From Chthonomonadales bacterium (GTDB lineage: Bacteria > Armatimonadota > Chthonomonadetes > Chthonomonadales > Chthonomonadaceae), in the NCBI GenBank assembly GCA_038217285.1, contig JBBQPO010000006.1, positions 1-53,823 of the forward strand: a DNA stretch of 53,823 nucleotides, written 5' to 3'. Every line of letters begins with the position of its first letter. The first letter of the stretch is position 1. The position numbers and the translations under genes were made by a program. Below are positions 18,645-28,728 of the stretch, in pieces. The notes beneath the pieces are model-generated. The model ran no database searches. It saw only the letters and a program-made list of their open reading frames with translations, and was not told where the DNA came from.

Positions 18645-19985
18645 ATGGCAGATGAAGAAGGAAGCGCACGCTCTGAACTGGATCACCTGAAAAATCGGAT
18701 GGAATCACTGGAAAAGAGCACAGAAAAAGCCGAGATTGAAGCCCTCAAGACGCAACTCAAAAAGCTTGAGGAAACTGATGTTGCTGGCATCGTGACGCGC
18801 CTAAACTCCAAAGAGACCATCGACACGCACGTTGGTGAGTCCCTCAAGCGTGCACTTGAATTCAAAGACAATATTATTACAGGCCTGACAGCCTCCAACA
18901 GTGCCCTGAATTTGCAATTGACCTCGCGCTGGGACTTCTTCAAGACGATGATGTCGCTGATCACGTTGCTGTTCAGCGCAGCCTTCGTCTGGCAACTCGT
19001 CCGCGCGCAGCAGATCGAGGACCTGCACACCTCCCTGGACCAAGACTTCAAGATCTTGAAGGTGGAGCGCCGCATAATGCAGTTGGAGGCGCAGAACCAG
19101 GCCAATACCGTCGCGGCCTTGCTCAAAGCCTCCACTCTGCTCCATAACGGCTATCGCGATTCGCAACGGGGGCGCCACGGTTCGGCCATAGAGTTTGCTA
19201 ATAAAGCTTTGGCTGAGGTAAAACGTTTGGAGGAAACCGCACAGCAGGTTTCCAAAGTGATCACGGATGAGTCGGCGGGCCTCGAAAGGGGACAGGGACG
19301 GTTGAGCCAGCAACTAGTGTTTGTGCCGAATCTGCTCCAGCCGTTCCAGGCGACTATCGAGGAAGTGCGCTACTCCTGTTACGACCTGCAAGGCCGCTCT
19401 TACTTCCTTAGCAAACCCTCTGACACGCAACGAGTTGCAGAGATCGGTAATCAGATGATCGATCTTAACAAAAGACGTTGGGAGGGCTACCACTGGCGAG
19501 GGCTTGGGTTGGGGGATGTGACGAGCAAAAATCTGCACAGCGTAACCCCCCAGGAGGCCAACCCAATCATCGAAGCCTATCGGCAGTCTCTGTTCTTTCA
19601 GCCCACGAACAACATGGATCGCTTAAATCTCGCGGAGATCCTGTTTGCGGCGCAGCAGTGGGGGCAGGCAGAAGAAGAGGCTACCCGTTTCATGACGGAA
19701 CAGCCCTTCGCCTCGGACGACCAAAAGATTCTCTCCCACTTCTTCTTGACCGTCTCAAGGTATATGCTGGGCCAGTCGTCACTGCCACCTCGAAAGGACC
19801 TTGAAGCGTGGATAAGTAATAAGAAAGCCTGGGGGGGAAAGCTTAAGCCGGACTGGAGCAACTATTCGTTTACCGTCCTTGGCATCTTCCGCAAGGACAT
19901 TCAGGGTAGTGCGACGATCCAGGTAGACAAAAAGCGCGACGTCCAAGACGTGTTAGATTGGTTCCTCAAGTTCGAGCCGCAGTAG
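18645..19985 (+). CDS. Hypothetical membrane protein: coiled coil, one TM helix, TPR-like C-terminus
   Basis: Heptad-rich N-terminus, TM MMSLITLLFSAAFVWQLV, TPR-like RLNLAEILFAAQQWGQAEE; AT-richer codon use than the core genes. Confidence 0.65.
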   Translation: MADEEGSARSELDHLKNRMESLEKSTEKAEIEALKTQLKKLEETDVAGIVTRLNSKETIDTHVGESLKRALEFKDNIITGLTASNSALNLQLTSRWDFFKTMMSLITLLFSAAFVWQLVRAQQIEDLHTSLDQDFKILKVERRIMQLEAQNQANTVAALLKASTLLHNGYRDSQRGRHGSAIEFANKALAEVKRLEETAQQVSKVITDESAGLERGQGRLSQQLVFVPNLLQPFQATIEEVRYSCYDLQGRSYFLSKPSDTQRVAEIGNQMIDLNKRRWEGYHWRGLGLGDVTSKNLHSVTPQEANPIIEAYRQSLFFQPTNNMDRLNLAEILFAAQQWGQAEEEATRFMTEQPFASDDQKILSHFFLTVSRYMLGQSSLPPRKDLEAWISNKKAWGGKLKPDWSNYSFTVLGIFRKDIQGSATIQVDKKRDVQDVLDWFLKFEPQ

Positions 19986-20024
19986 CAGATGCGGAGTATT
20001 CCAAGGTAGGGGTGGAGCCAGATA

Positions 20025-21005
20025 ATGAGAGAGTTCAGGCGAGCCTTATTGCTAGCTGAGGAAAAAGAGTCGCCCTACGTGTCGCGTCGACTGGTCTACA
20101 GCGTATTCGTCCTGTTTTGTCTGCTCTCGGCCCTCCGCGACACGCTTTCGGAGGCGCTCTTCAAAGGTGCGCGAAGCGGGGCGAATCCAATTTTCGTCCA
20201 GTTTGTCTATAGTGTCAGTACGCAACTGTTGGCTCTGGCAGTGATCGGGGCACAAAGGGTGCTCCGGAAACCCTCCGCTCCGCTCCACTCGCCCCGCGAG
20301 GCTGTCAAACCGCTGATCCTGGTGAACATATTCACCCTTGTGGCGCACTCCACGTTCTTTCTGGCCATCAGTTCACCCCTAGGGGCAGGGCTGAATTCGC
20401 TCGTGGACTATGGTGCCAGCCCAGTTTTTACAGCGTTTGCGGGAATTATTGTGTTGCGTACAAAGCTTGACAAGGACTTCTGGAAAGCTTGCAGGTGGAG
20501 TGTACTTGGAATTGGTGTCTTCGGACTCGGACGCGTTCATGACGCTGCACTGTCTACCCTATGGGGAGCTGGGTTGGTTCTGGCCTTAGTCAGTTCCCTC
20601 TGCTCCGGTTTTTACCGCATCTACCTAAAACTTCTGATGAGTGAGGGCGCGAACAAGGCGGTCGTAGTCTTCTATCGCATGATCGGCTCGACGCTGATCA
20701 CCGGCTCGATACTTGTGGCCCGGCCTGATTGGTTTCGCGCCGACCTTCTCTTACCGACAGGGCTGGTCGGCCTGTGCGGGTTCGCGCTGCCGCTGTTTCT
20801 GATGCTGTTCGTAATTCAGCGGCTGCGCGTTCAGAGTTTTGCGGCTTTACTGTTTCTAATGCCCATGCTCACTTACGCCTTCTCAGTCCTGACGGGGTAT
20901 GCCCACCTGCACTGGAGCGACGTTCTGGGTGGCCTCATCATTTTCGCCGCCGTGGTCTGTTACGAAATTGCGCAGTCAAAGCGCCTCCCGCAGAACGATG
21001 CCTAG
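20025..21005 (+). CDS. DMT/EamA family transporter
   Basis: About 10 hydrophobic segments in two repeats; SPVFTAF...IIVLR and GGLIIFAAV EamA-like endings. Confidence 0.75.
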   Translation: MREFRRALLLAEEKESPYVSRRLVYSVFVLFCLLSALRDTLSEALFKGARSGANPIFVQFVYSVSTQLLALAVIGAQRVLRKPSAPLHSPREAVKPLILVNIFTLVAHSTFFLAISSPLGAGLNSLVDYGASPVFTAFAGIIVLRTKLDKDFWKACRWSVLGIGVFGLGRVHDAALSTLWGAGLVLALVSSLCSGFYRIYLKLLMSEGANKAVVVFYRMIGSTLITGSILVARPDWFRADLLLPTGLVGLCGFALPLFLMLFVIQRLRVQSFAALLFLMPMLTYAFSVLTGYAHLHWSDVLGGLIIFAAVVCYEIAQSKRLPQNDA

Positions 21006-21073
21006 AATGGTCTAGTCTGTCAAAGGCGAGCCGCAACTGAAATCGGAACACGTTAGCACGGTAAGGATCCGAC

Positions 21074-21247
21074 GTGAAACGACTCCTTCCTACTCTTGCT
21101 TTTATGGGCCTCGTCCTCCTCCTCTTTGTTGCCGCCTATCTGTCGTGGGTGCATCGTGGCGAGCCCGAAAGGATGACGGAGGAGGCCCGACACGCCCAGA
21201 TGATGGAGGAGGCGGCGAAGGGACAGGCAGAGAAGATGGGGCGGTGA
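21074..21247 (+). CDS. Small single-TM protein (57 aa)
   Basis: Hand translation MKRLLPTLAFMGLVLLLFVAAYLSWVHRGEPERMTEEARHAQMMEEAAKGQAEKMGR; TAAGGA RBS 6 nt before GTG; below the ORF-track cutoff. Confidence 0.65.
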   Translation: MKRLLPTLAFMGLVLLLFVAAYLSWVHRGEPERMTEEARHAQMMEEAAKGQAEKMGR

Positions 21248-21292
21248 GGCGGACGGAAAGCGGTTTGAGATCGAGGCGACTTGGGAGAGAAA

Positions 21293-21859
21293 ATGGCTGA
21301 AAGCTACTGCAGGTTGGTACGCGCTGGGCAGATACATCCGGTTCATATCGAATATCACGACACGGAATACGGGTTTCCGCTGACCGATGATGCCTCGCTG
21401 TTCGAACGGCTGATCTTGGAGATCAATCAGGCTGGGCTCTCCTGGGAGACGATCCTGAAGCGCAAAGCCGGTTTTCGGTTCGCCTACGAAGGGTTTGCCA
21501 TTGCTCGGATCGCCGCGTATGGGGAGGCGGACGTCGCGCGTCTGCTGGCGGAACCCAGGATTATCCGTAACCGGCTCAAAGTCGCGGCAGCGATCTACAA
21601 TGCGCAGACCGTCCTGCGCCTGCAACAGGAGGCGGGTTCCTTTCATGCCTGGCTGGAACTCCATCATCCGCGCCCTTTGCCGGCCTGGGTCGCGCTGTTC
21701 CGAGCCAACTTCCGTTTTACCGGAGGCGAAATCGTCAACGCGTTTCTCATGAGCACCGGCTATCTGCCGGGAGCACACGATGCCGACTGTCCCGTGGGCA
21801 TCACGCTCCAGACTCTGTCGCCGCCCTGGATGCGGCCCGAGCCGCCGATCACCGCTTAG
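21293..21859 (+). CDS. tag: DNA-3-methyladenine glycosylase I
   Basis: YC...YHDTEYG, LFERLILEINQAGLSWETILKRK, IIRNRLK, FRFTGGEIV, GAHDADC. Confidence 0.92.
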   Translation: MAESYCRLVRAGQIHPVHIEYHDTEYGFPLTDDASLFERLILEINQAGLSWETILKRKAGFRFAYEGFAIARIAAYGEADVARLLAEPRIIRNRLKVAAAIYNAQTVLRLQQEAGSFHAWLELHHPRPLPAWVALFRANFRFTGGEIVNAFLMSTGYLPGAHDADCPVGITLQTLSPPWMRPEPPITA

Positions 21860-23766
21860 CGTGGACCGGCGATGCGATACGCAGGATCCAGTCGGATCGA
21901 TAGCTTTTCGGTGAGATATACCGTCGCATCGTCCAGGTGCCACAACGCAATATTCCCGTCGGCGTTGCGCAGCGCGATGTCCGGCCGACCGTCCCCATCG
22001 AAATCGGCAACTGCCTCCACGCGATACCCTGCTTGCGGCACGGCCGAAACCACCGATCCGCCCACATAGCTCGTGCCGTTCATATACCAGAGCACCAGCG
22101 CGCCCGACCCATCGTTTTGAAACAGGAGATCTACCTGGCCATCTCTATTGAAATCACCTGTCCCGACCACACGATAGCCCGCTGCAGGAACCTGATCGAG
22201 CAGTTTGCCGCCGATCACCCTGGCTCCGTCCATGAACCAGAAGGCGATCTGATGCGTGGTCTGGTTCTGAAAGACGAGGTCGGGTTTGCCGTCGCCGTTA
22301 AAATCTCCGACACCGACTACCTTATAGCCGGATGACGGCGTTTGCGCCACCAGGTCCCCTCCCACAAGCGTCGTGCCGTTCATAGTCCAGATTGCGATCT
22401 GACCGGTTCGGCGGTTCTGGAAGACGAAGTCGGGTTTGCCGTCGTTGTTGAAGTCGGCGCTGCCTACCACCTGATAGTCGCTGTCGGGGACGGATGAGAC
22501 AAACGCTCCGCCCTGGACCGTCGCCCCATTGAGAAACCAGCCCCCGATCCGGTTGGAAGCCGTCTGTTGCAGGATCAGGTCGGACTTACCGTCGCCGTTG
22601 AGATCGTTGCGGCCCATCGCCGTCTGCAGTGCGGTAGCCAACTGGCAGCCGAGCGCGCGATGCGTGGCGGCGTTGGGATGAATGCCGTCGTAGGACTGGG
22701 CCGTACCGCCCGACACCTGCGCGGTGAGGCCGGTCTGCGCCGTCGGGCCGAGGTTGAGAAAGCCGACACGGGTATCGTCCGGCCGCGAAATCACATACTG
22801 CGTGTAGGCCGACTGCAGGGCCGACGCATAGAAACCTCCGAACGGAACCACGATGAAGACCTGGCTGTAGGGCAGGTAGGCTCGCATCTGATGCAGCCAG
22901 GCCAGGGCATATTCGGTCACCATATCCGGCCGGGCAGGGGTGAGGATGTCCCCGAAGATCGCATCGTTGGTGCCCATGTTGAGAACCACATAGTCGGGCG
23001 CCGGCGCGCCGTTCAGCAGAGGAAACCGCGGCCCCTGCTGGTAGAACTGGTAGAACGCGTCGCGAAAGATGGGGACGCCGCTGGCGGGCGCATTGGAACA
23101 GGTCCAGCCCTGTCCTGCGTTGCCGACGATCCCATACTCGGCGTCCAGCATCCCGGCGCACCGGACGGCGTAGGTCTGCCCGGCGTCGCTGGCTGGCCCG
23201 ATGACGTCTCCTTCGGTGATACTGTCGCCGAAGAACAGTATCCGCCTGGACCGCACCGTTTCCGGAGCCAACACCAGCGCGCCTGGATCGAGCGTCATCC
23301 CGGTGACCCTTAGCGACTGGGCCGGCGCCAGGAAACCGCCTGCCACACTGGTCGTCCGCGTCCAGCGATCCCGATGATAGTCGGAGGAGACGAAGCAGAA
23401 CTGAACGGTGTGGGCGCTGCTGTCGAGGTCGATAGCCAGCGTAAGCCGCGTATCGGACACGGTGAGCGGATGAGGCGGATAGAGCCTGGAATCGATGCGC
23501 CACTGGACAACCAGTGACGTGGTATCGCCGGTAGCCGGAATACCGACCATGTCGAGATTCAGGATGGCCCGATGGTTGTTGGCAAACCGCAGCGAGAAGT
23601 AGGCGCCGGTCTGGTTGGTGACGATTTCGCTCGTGCCGAGGGTGTTCCAGTTGTAGGGACTGAAGGTCCAGTTGGAGTTGCCGACCGGCACCGTCTGGCT
23701 CCACGATGTCTGCGGGAGAAACATAAGAGCGAGGAGAACGATCCAGATTCCATGTCGCGAACGCAT
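21856..23766 (-). CDS. Secreted SGNH/GDSL hydrolase with C-terminal FG-GAP/VCBS repeats
   Basis: FFGDSITEG (block I), NMGTND (block III), DGIHP (block V); five D(L/F)NxDG(K/Q/R)xD repeats. Confidence 0.88.
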   Translation of the reverse strand: MRSRHGIWIVLLALMFLPQTSWSQTVPVGNSNWTFSPYNWNTLGTSEIVTNQTGAYFSLRFANNHRAILNLDMVGIPATGDTTSLVVQWRIDSRLYPPHPLTVSDTRLTLAIDLDSSAHTVQFCFVSSDYHRDRWTRTTSVAGGFLAPAQSLRVTGMTLDPGALVLAPETVRSRRILFFGDSITEGDVIGPASDAGQTYAVRCAGMLDAEYGIVGNAGQGWTCSNAPASGVPIFRDAFYQFYQQGPRFPLLNGAPAPDYVVLNMGTNDAIFGDILTPARPDMVTEYALAWLHQMRAYLPYSQVFIVVPFGGFYASALQSAYTQYVISRPDDTRVGFLNLGPTAQTGLTAQVSGGTAQSYDGIHPNAATHRALGCQLATALQTAMGRNDLNGDGKSDLILQQTASNRIGGWFLNGATVQGGAFVSSVPDSDYQVVGSADFNNDGKPDFVFQNRRTGQIAIWTMNGTTLVGGDLVAQTPSSGYKVVGVGDFNGDGKPDLVFQNQTTHQIAFWFMDGARVIGGKLLDQVPAAGYRVVGTGDFNRDGQVDLLFQNDGSGALVLWYMNGTSYVGGSVVSAVPQAGYRVEAVADFDGDGRPDIALRNADGNIALWHLDDATVYLTEKLSIRLDPAYRIAGPR

Positions 23767-24042
23767 TGGGCAAGCCTTTCCAGCCGGCATCCGCGCTGAG
23801 TCTCACATGGCAGGGTGCGGCGGGCCTCGTGGCAGAATCCTCATGTTGAAATAGGTGATACGGCAGATCAGAATTTTCTGCATGGGGAAGGCGTCGGGGC
23901 CAACGCTAAAATGCGCTGTTATGTTAGGCTGTTGGACAACGAAAAAGGTTCCCGTGATCTCGACAATACGAGGTTGAAGAGGCCCGCCGCTATTTCGACT
24001 CGGGCAGCGGCGCGGATCGCCGCAACGCCCCCGATACCGGAA

Positions 24043-24465
24043 TCACCCCTCCAGTGATGGGTCTTCCTTTGCACTTCGGTGCAGGTAGCTGTGCTCCAGA
24101 ACGGTAATCAGTCCATCGGACGAGATCGGTTTAAGCGCATAGCCGCAGGCGTGTGCCTCCTGTGCCTGGCGCCGGTGTTCCTCGTCGTTGTACGATGTCA
24201 GAATGACGACGCACGTCTCTTCCTCCGCCATTATCTGCCGTGTCGCTTCCAGGCCGTCCATAACCGGCATATTGATATCCATGGTGACGAGGTCCGGCTT
24301 CTCCCGTCGAACAAGTTCGACGGCTTCCTTACCGTTCATGGCCTGCCCCACAACGATCAGTCCGGCTAATGTCAACGCTTTACGCAACTGGAGTTGGGTG
24401 ATGCCCTCGTCCTCGACGGTTACAATGCGCTTGCCGGCAAGGGGAGAATGAGGTAGAGTTGGCAA
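24043..24465 (-). CDS. Single-domain response regulator (REC)
   Basis: VEDE, MDINMPVMDG, ILTSY, ALKP. Confidence 0.9.
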   Translation of the reverse strand: MPTLPHSPLAGKRIVTVEDEGITQLQLRKALTLAGLIVVGQAMNGKEAVELVRREKPDLVTMDINMPVMDGLEATRQIMAEEETCVVILTSYNDEEHRRQAQEAHACGYALKPISSDGLITVLEHSYLHRSAKEDPSLEG

Positions 24466-24629
24466 TGTCGTCCTTTTTCACAAAGCTCCGGTCTACCCGG
24501 CGCCTCGTTCTTTAATTTACTGACGCTGTACGACGCAATCTTTGTTCTTTTTGTGCCCACTTTTTTTGCAGAAACGGCGGGAAGCCTGACAACGCTCGGC
24601 GCGGTCGCCTTTTGGGTCGCGCCTGTGCG

Positions 24630-25757
24630 CTACGGGACGGCAGGCGTATCCCAGATGGTCGCCGTGTTGCCGGTTCCCCCTGCCATGCGCTTCCCGTCTG
24701 GCGCAAACACGAGACCGGTGACCAACCCCATACGACCGTAGTCGCGTAGCGGCTTGCCCGTGGCCGCGTCCCAGAATTTCGCCGTCGAATCCATGGTTAG
24801 AATATGCGCGCCGTCCGGGAAAAAGGCGACGGTGTGCACGATGAAGTGATGGGGGCCCTGGAAGGTAATCTGCTCCTTCCCTGTCTGCGCATCCCACATT
24901 TTGGCCGTGCCATCCCCACTTCCTGTCAAGAGACGCCTGCCATCCGGCGCAAAGGCGACCGATGTCACATGCTCTCGATGCCCGATGAGTGTTAGAAGCA
25001 CACGGCCCGTGGTGGCGTCCCAGACCGCCGCCGTGCCATCATAGCCTCCGGTCAGGAGGCGTGTCACGTCCGGCGATATCGCCACGGCGTTGATCGGGCC
25101 GGAATGTCCCAGGAATGTCCGTATTAACTTTCCGGTATGCGCATCCCACAGTTTTGCCCTCCAGTCATAACCTCCCGTCAGCACGACCCTTCCATCTGCC
25201 GAGTACGCTACCGAGCGCACCGTGAGTAGATGTCCCTTCAGTGTGAAGATGGCTCGGCCTGTGGCGGCTTCCCAGATCTTCGCCGTCCTATCCTCACTCC
25301 CGGTCAGCAGGCGCTTGCCGTCGGGAGAAAATGCCACCGAAGTTACCGGCAACGTGTGTCCCTTGAGCGTGAGAAGGAGACGACCGGTCTGCGCGTCCCA
25401 CAGTTTCGCCGTTTTGTCCATGCTGCCCGTCAGCACATGCCGACCATCCCGGGAGAAGGCCACGGCTAAAACACTCTTTTTATGCCCCGTCAGGGTGATG
25501 ACGCCCTCGCCTATGGGCGTCTCCGGCGCTGGTGCAAAGACCGCGCCACCAGGTTTGGAAGGCGAAACAGTCGGAGCCGGAACGGGAGCAGGCGTCGGCG
25601 ACACGGTGGCTGTTCGGGAACATCCTATCAGTCCACCCATCAGTCCACCCAGGAGGAGCAGAAATACGACCGCCGCACGTCGCTTGTTTTGCCATGGTTC
25701 TCTCTTTATCGCCATTCCCCTCTTCCTTGTCGTACACGAAGTCCGATTTTTGGTCAT
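24630..25757 (-). CDS. WD40-repeat (lipo)protein
   Basis: LIGC lipobox-like signal; repeated GH...V.SVAFSPDG..LLTGS.D.TAK.WD; alternative start at 25715. Confidence 0.9.
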   Translation of the reverse strand: MTKNRTSCTTRKRGMAIKREPWQNKRRAAVVFLLLLGGLMGGLIGCSRTATVSPTPAPVPAPTVSPSKPGGAVFAPAPETPIGEGVITLTGHKKSVLAVAFSRDGRHVLTGSMDKTAKLWDAQTGRLLLTLKGHTLPVTSVAFSPDGKRLLTGSEDRTAKIWEAATGRAIFTLKGHLLTVRSVAYSADGRVVLTGGYDWRAKLWDAHTGKLIRTFLGHSGPINAVAISPDVTRLLTGGYDGTAAVWDATTGRVLLTLIGHREHVTSVAFAPDGRRLLTGSGDGTAKMWDAQTGKEQITFQGPHHFIVHTVAFFPDGAHILTMDSTAKFWDAATGKPLRDYGRMGLVTGLVFAPDGKRMAGGTGNTATIWDTPAVP

Positions 25758-25902
25758 ACTCTGAGTTTACCCTCCAAACCGCATGTTCAGAAATGGGAGC
25801 CCTCTATATGATACAATAGGGCACCTTTCCTGGCCCGGCGGCGGAGAGAGGTTGTGAAGATGATACCTAGAATCGATGCGATGATCGAGGAGGATACGCG
25901 CC

Positions 25903-26628
25903 ATGACGACTCTACTGCCTGGTCAGCCGTTTTCTGCCGAACGTAACCGCGAGGTCGCCGATGAGTTCGCGCGCGAAGGCTGCGTACTTGTTCCCGGCGT
26001 CTTCAGTCCTGACGAAGTGACGGTTCTGCGCGAGCATACCGACGACTACTTCCACCGTCGGGAAACGTTGCCGCAACACCACGTATCGTATGTGTACGGC
26101 GCATTTGTCCTGCGCCGTGGGGCGGAACTGGACCCGCTGTTTGCCTCACTCGTCACGCACGAACCGGTCCAGAGTCTGGTCGCTGCCGTGCTCGGACCGC
26201 AGCCGCGTTTCAACGCGCTCAACGTCATTCGCAATGAGCCGGGGCAGGCGATCAGCCGCTGGCATGTCGATGATGTGCTGGAGTTTCCGCTGCCCGACTC
26301 GATACCTCGCTTCGACGCCCAAATGCGTATGCCTGTCTTCTGGTTCACCGTGCAGGTCGCCCTCAGCGACATCACCACGATCAAACATGGACCCACGCAG
26401 TACGTGCCTGCAAGTCACTACTCCGGTCGGCATCCAGCCAGTCAGGAAGATCCCACGTTCGAGGGGCAGGGGCCGCGGGCGGTCTACTGCCGGGCCGGCG
26501 ACATCTATTTTACCAATCACCAGGCATGGCACCGGGGTGCGCCGAACAGTTCCGACCGTATCCGCTACGTCATGCAGCTTCAGTATGCGGCACGCTGGGC
26601 GGATGCACGTTTCAAGGGCGCGGCCTGA
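25903..26628 (+). CDS. Phytanoyl-CoA dioxygenase (PhyH) family Fe(II)/2OG enzyme
   Basis: WHVD, GPTQYVPASH, AGDIYF...WHRG..N....R; GAGGAGG RBS. Confidence 0.88.
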   Translation: MTTLLPGQPFSAERNREVADEFAREGCVLVPGVFSPDEVTVLREHTDDYFHRRETLPQHHVSYVYGAFVLRRGAELDPLFASLVTHEPVQSLVAAVLGPQPRFNALNVIRNEPGQAISRWHVDDVLEFPLPDSIPRFDAQMRMPVFWFTVQVALSDITTIKHGPTQYVPASHYSGRHPASQEDPTFEGQGPRAVYCRAGDIYFTNHQAWHRGAPNSSDRIRYVMQLQYAARWADARFKGAA

Positions 26629-26756
26629 ACCTTCGACCGATTCATGGCGACGGGGCAGTGTCGGCAGGACAAATGAGGGTCGAAATCGAAGTAAGGGGCA
26701 GGTTCTCTGCCCTACGGTTCAGAACAAAAAATTTAGTCCTCAATAAGGAGAGCAAC

Positions 26757-27386
26757 GTGAAAATCGGATTATGGCTGGCTGCGCTGGCGCTTCTGGTTCC
26801 CACCATCAGCGCCACGGCGCAAGGGAAGACGAAGGCGGCGCTTAAAGATCCGGCCGCAATGAAGGACAAAGCGCCCGCGAAATTCAAGGCGCAGTTCGAG
26901 ACGACGAAGGGTATCTTCGTCGTCGATGTCACCCGGGCCTGGTCCCCGAATGGAGCGGATCGCTTCTATAACCTGGTGAAGTACGGCTTCTTCGATGGGA
27001 CGAAGTTCTTCCGCGTCTTGCCGGGGTTCATGGCGCAGTTCGGCATCCATGGCGATCCTGCGATTGCGGCCAAGTGGCAGAGGGCGAACATTATCGACGA
27101 TAAAGTGGTGGAATCCAACAGGCGTGGCTTCGTGACATTTGCCACGGCTGGCCCGAACACGCGCACGACGCAGCTCTTCATCAACTTTGGAGAAAACAGC
27201 CGCCTGGATGCCAGCGGCTTTTCACCTTTCGGCAAAGTGAGCAAAGGCATGGAAGTCGTGGATAAAATCTTTAGCGGGTATGGGGAACAGCCCGATCAAG
27301 GGGCAATCAATGCCGAAGGCAATAAATACCTGGAGGCGAACTGGCCCAAACTCGACGCCATCAAAAAGGCTACCCTGGTAAAATAG
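26757..27386 (+). CDS. Secreted cyclophilin-type peptidyl-prolyl isomerase
   Basis: FETTKG, FFRVLPGFMAQFG, NTRTTQLFIN, FSPFGKV; TAAGGAG RBS before GTG. Confidence 0.92.
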   Translation: MKIGLWLAALALLVPTISATAQGKTKAALKDPAAMKDKAPAKFKAQFETTKGIFVVDVTRAWSPNGADRFYNLVKYGFFDGTKFFRVLPGFMAQFGIHGDPAIAAKWQRANIIDDKVVESNRRGFVTFATAGPNTRTTQLFINFGENSRLDASGFSPFGKVSKGMEVVDKIFSGYGEQPDQGAINAEGNKYLEANWPKLDAIKKATLVK

Positions 27387-27421
27387 CCCCAGGTGGCAGG
27401 AGTTGACGGTTCAACAGCGAA

Positions 27422-27459
27422 ACAAAACTGCCACCCCTTCAGACGGGCGGCAGTTTTGT
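27422..27459 (+). terminator. Intrinsic terminator
   Basis: ACAAAACTGCC...GGCAGTTTTGT hairpin after the PPIase gene. Confidence 0.65.
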
Positions 27460-27684
27460 GGTTTTCGAGCAGGGGATGACGTTGCAACAAATTGTGGCCA
27501 GGTGCGTATAACGAGGAACACATCGACGATGAGGTGGTATCCGTAGGAAGCGCCCCGGCAGGTTGCCGCACGGAGGGGAATAGGGCTTCGGAGAAGAACC
27601 TTCCGGGGTTCCTCCTGAGCAGGCAAAGCCACAGGACACGTTCGCGTCAATCGAGGCAGTCCTGAGATCGGAGAAGAGAACGTC

Positions 27685-28722
27685 GTGAGTAGTCCGCTGG
27701 AATTGATGCCACAGTCTGAGGCTGGGCATGCAGAAGAGGAGGGGAGGCTGCCCAAAACCGCGCCTCCCCAGCAGAGCCGGATCGGCGTTGCACCGCGGCG
27801 GTGCCTCATACTGGCAAACCCCAAAGCGGGCGGACTTAGACAGACGACTGCCTCCGATCGTTTGCAGGACGCGACAGAGTCTCTGGCTCACCTCAAAGCG
27901 GAAGTCGAGCGGTTTGGTCTCGACGCGCATGTCGAAACCGCGCCCGAACCGCAACAACTAAAGAGCCGTCTGCAGGCCGTCGCCGCGGAAGGTTTCGATA
28001 CGGTCGTCGCGGCCGGGGGAGATGGCACCGTTCGGCCTATCGCCCAGACCCTTGTCGGAACCCCGCTGCAGTTCGGTATACTGCCGGTCGGCACGGCCAA
28101 CAACTTTGCACACTCGTTGGGAATCCCGCTTACCCTCGAGGGAGGGCTGCAGGTTTTGCGCGATGGCTCCCCTCAGAAGGTCGATGTAGGCCGCATAGGC
28201 GCAGAATACTTTACGGAGGCTGCGGGGGTCGGGCTTTTCGCCAACCTCATTGCCGCTTTTGGACCCTCCGGTCCAGCGCCCTCGCAGTGGCTGTCCGTGC
28301 TTCGAATCGCCGTGCCTATGTTCTGGAATCCGCCAGGCTATCATCTACGCCTCGTCCTCGATGGCGTCCCGTATGAAGAGGATGCGACGATGGTATCCGT
28401 GTGCAACTCCATCTTCCTCGGCAAACGCTGGCCCATCGCACCGGACGCTCTGTTGACCGATGGCCTGTTCGACGTCATCATCGTCGGCGCACTGACGCGG
28501 ACGGAACTGGTGGGATTCCTGGTCGCCGTCTTTCAGGGGAAGGATCTAACCTTTCCGAAAGTGACGCTCCGTCGCGCGAAAGCGGTTGAAATCAGCCGAT
28601 TTCGAGAGGGACGTCGTCGTCTCCCGATTCATACGGACGATCATATTGGAGCCTATCTTCCGGTGCGTCTGGATGTCGTTCCCGGCGGACTGACCGTAAT
28701 CGCTGCGCAACGCCTCGCCTAA
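27685..28722 (+). CDS. Diacylglycerol/lipid kinase family protein (YegS/DAGK)
   Basis: NPKAG, AAGGDGT, LPVGTANNFA, DVGRI, DGLFDV. Confidence 0.9.
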   Translation: MSSPLELMPQSEAGHAEEEGRLPKTAPPQQSRIGVAPRRCLILANPKAGGLRQTTASDRLQDATESLAHLKAEVERFGLDAHVETAPEPQQLKSRLQAVAAEGFDTVVAAGGDGTVRPIAQTLVGTPLQFGILPVGTANNFAHSLGIPLTLEGGLQVLRDGSPQKVDVGRIGAEYFTEAAGVGLFANLIAAFGPSGPAPSQWLSVLRIAVPMFWNPPGYHLRLVLDGVPYEEDATMVSVCNSIFLGKRWPIAPDALLTDGLFDVIIVGALTRTELVGFLVAVFQGKDLTFPKVTLRRAKAVEISRFREGRRRLPIHTDDHIGAYLPVRLDVVPGGLTVIAAQRLA

Positions 28723-28728
28723 AATCAA

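Noticed and set aside
27540-27660. c-di-GMP-I riboswitch (GCAAAGCCACAGG)
   Set aside because: The upstream GGCAAAC...GAAA stem and downstream pairing are absent; only a short motif matches.
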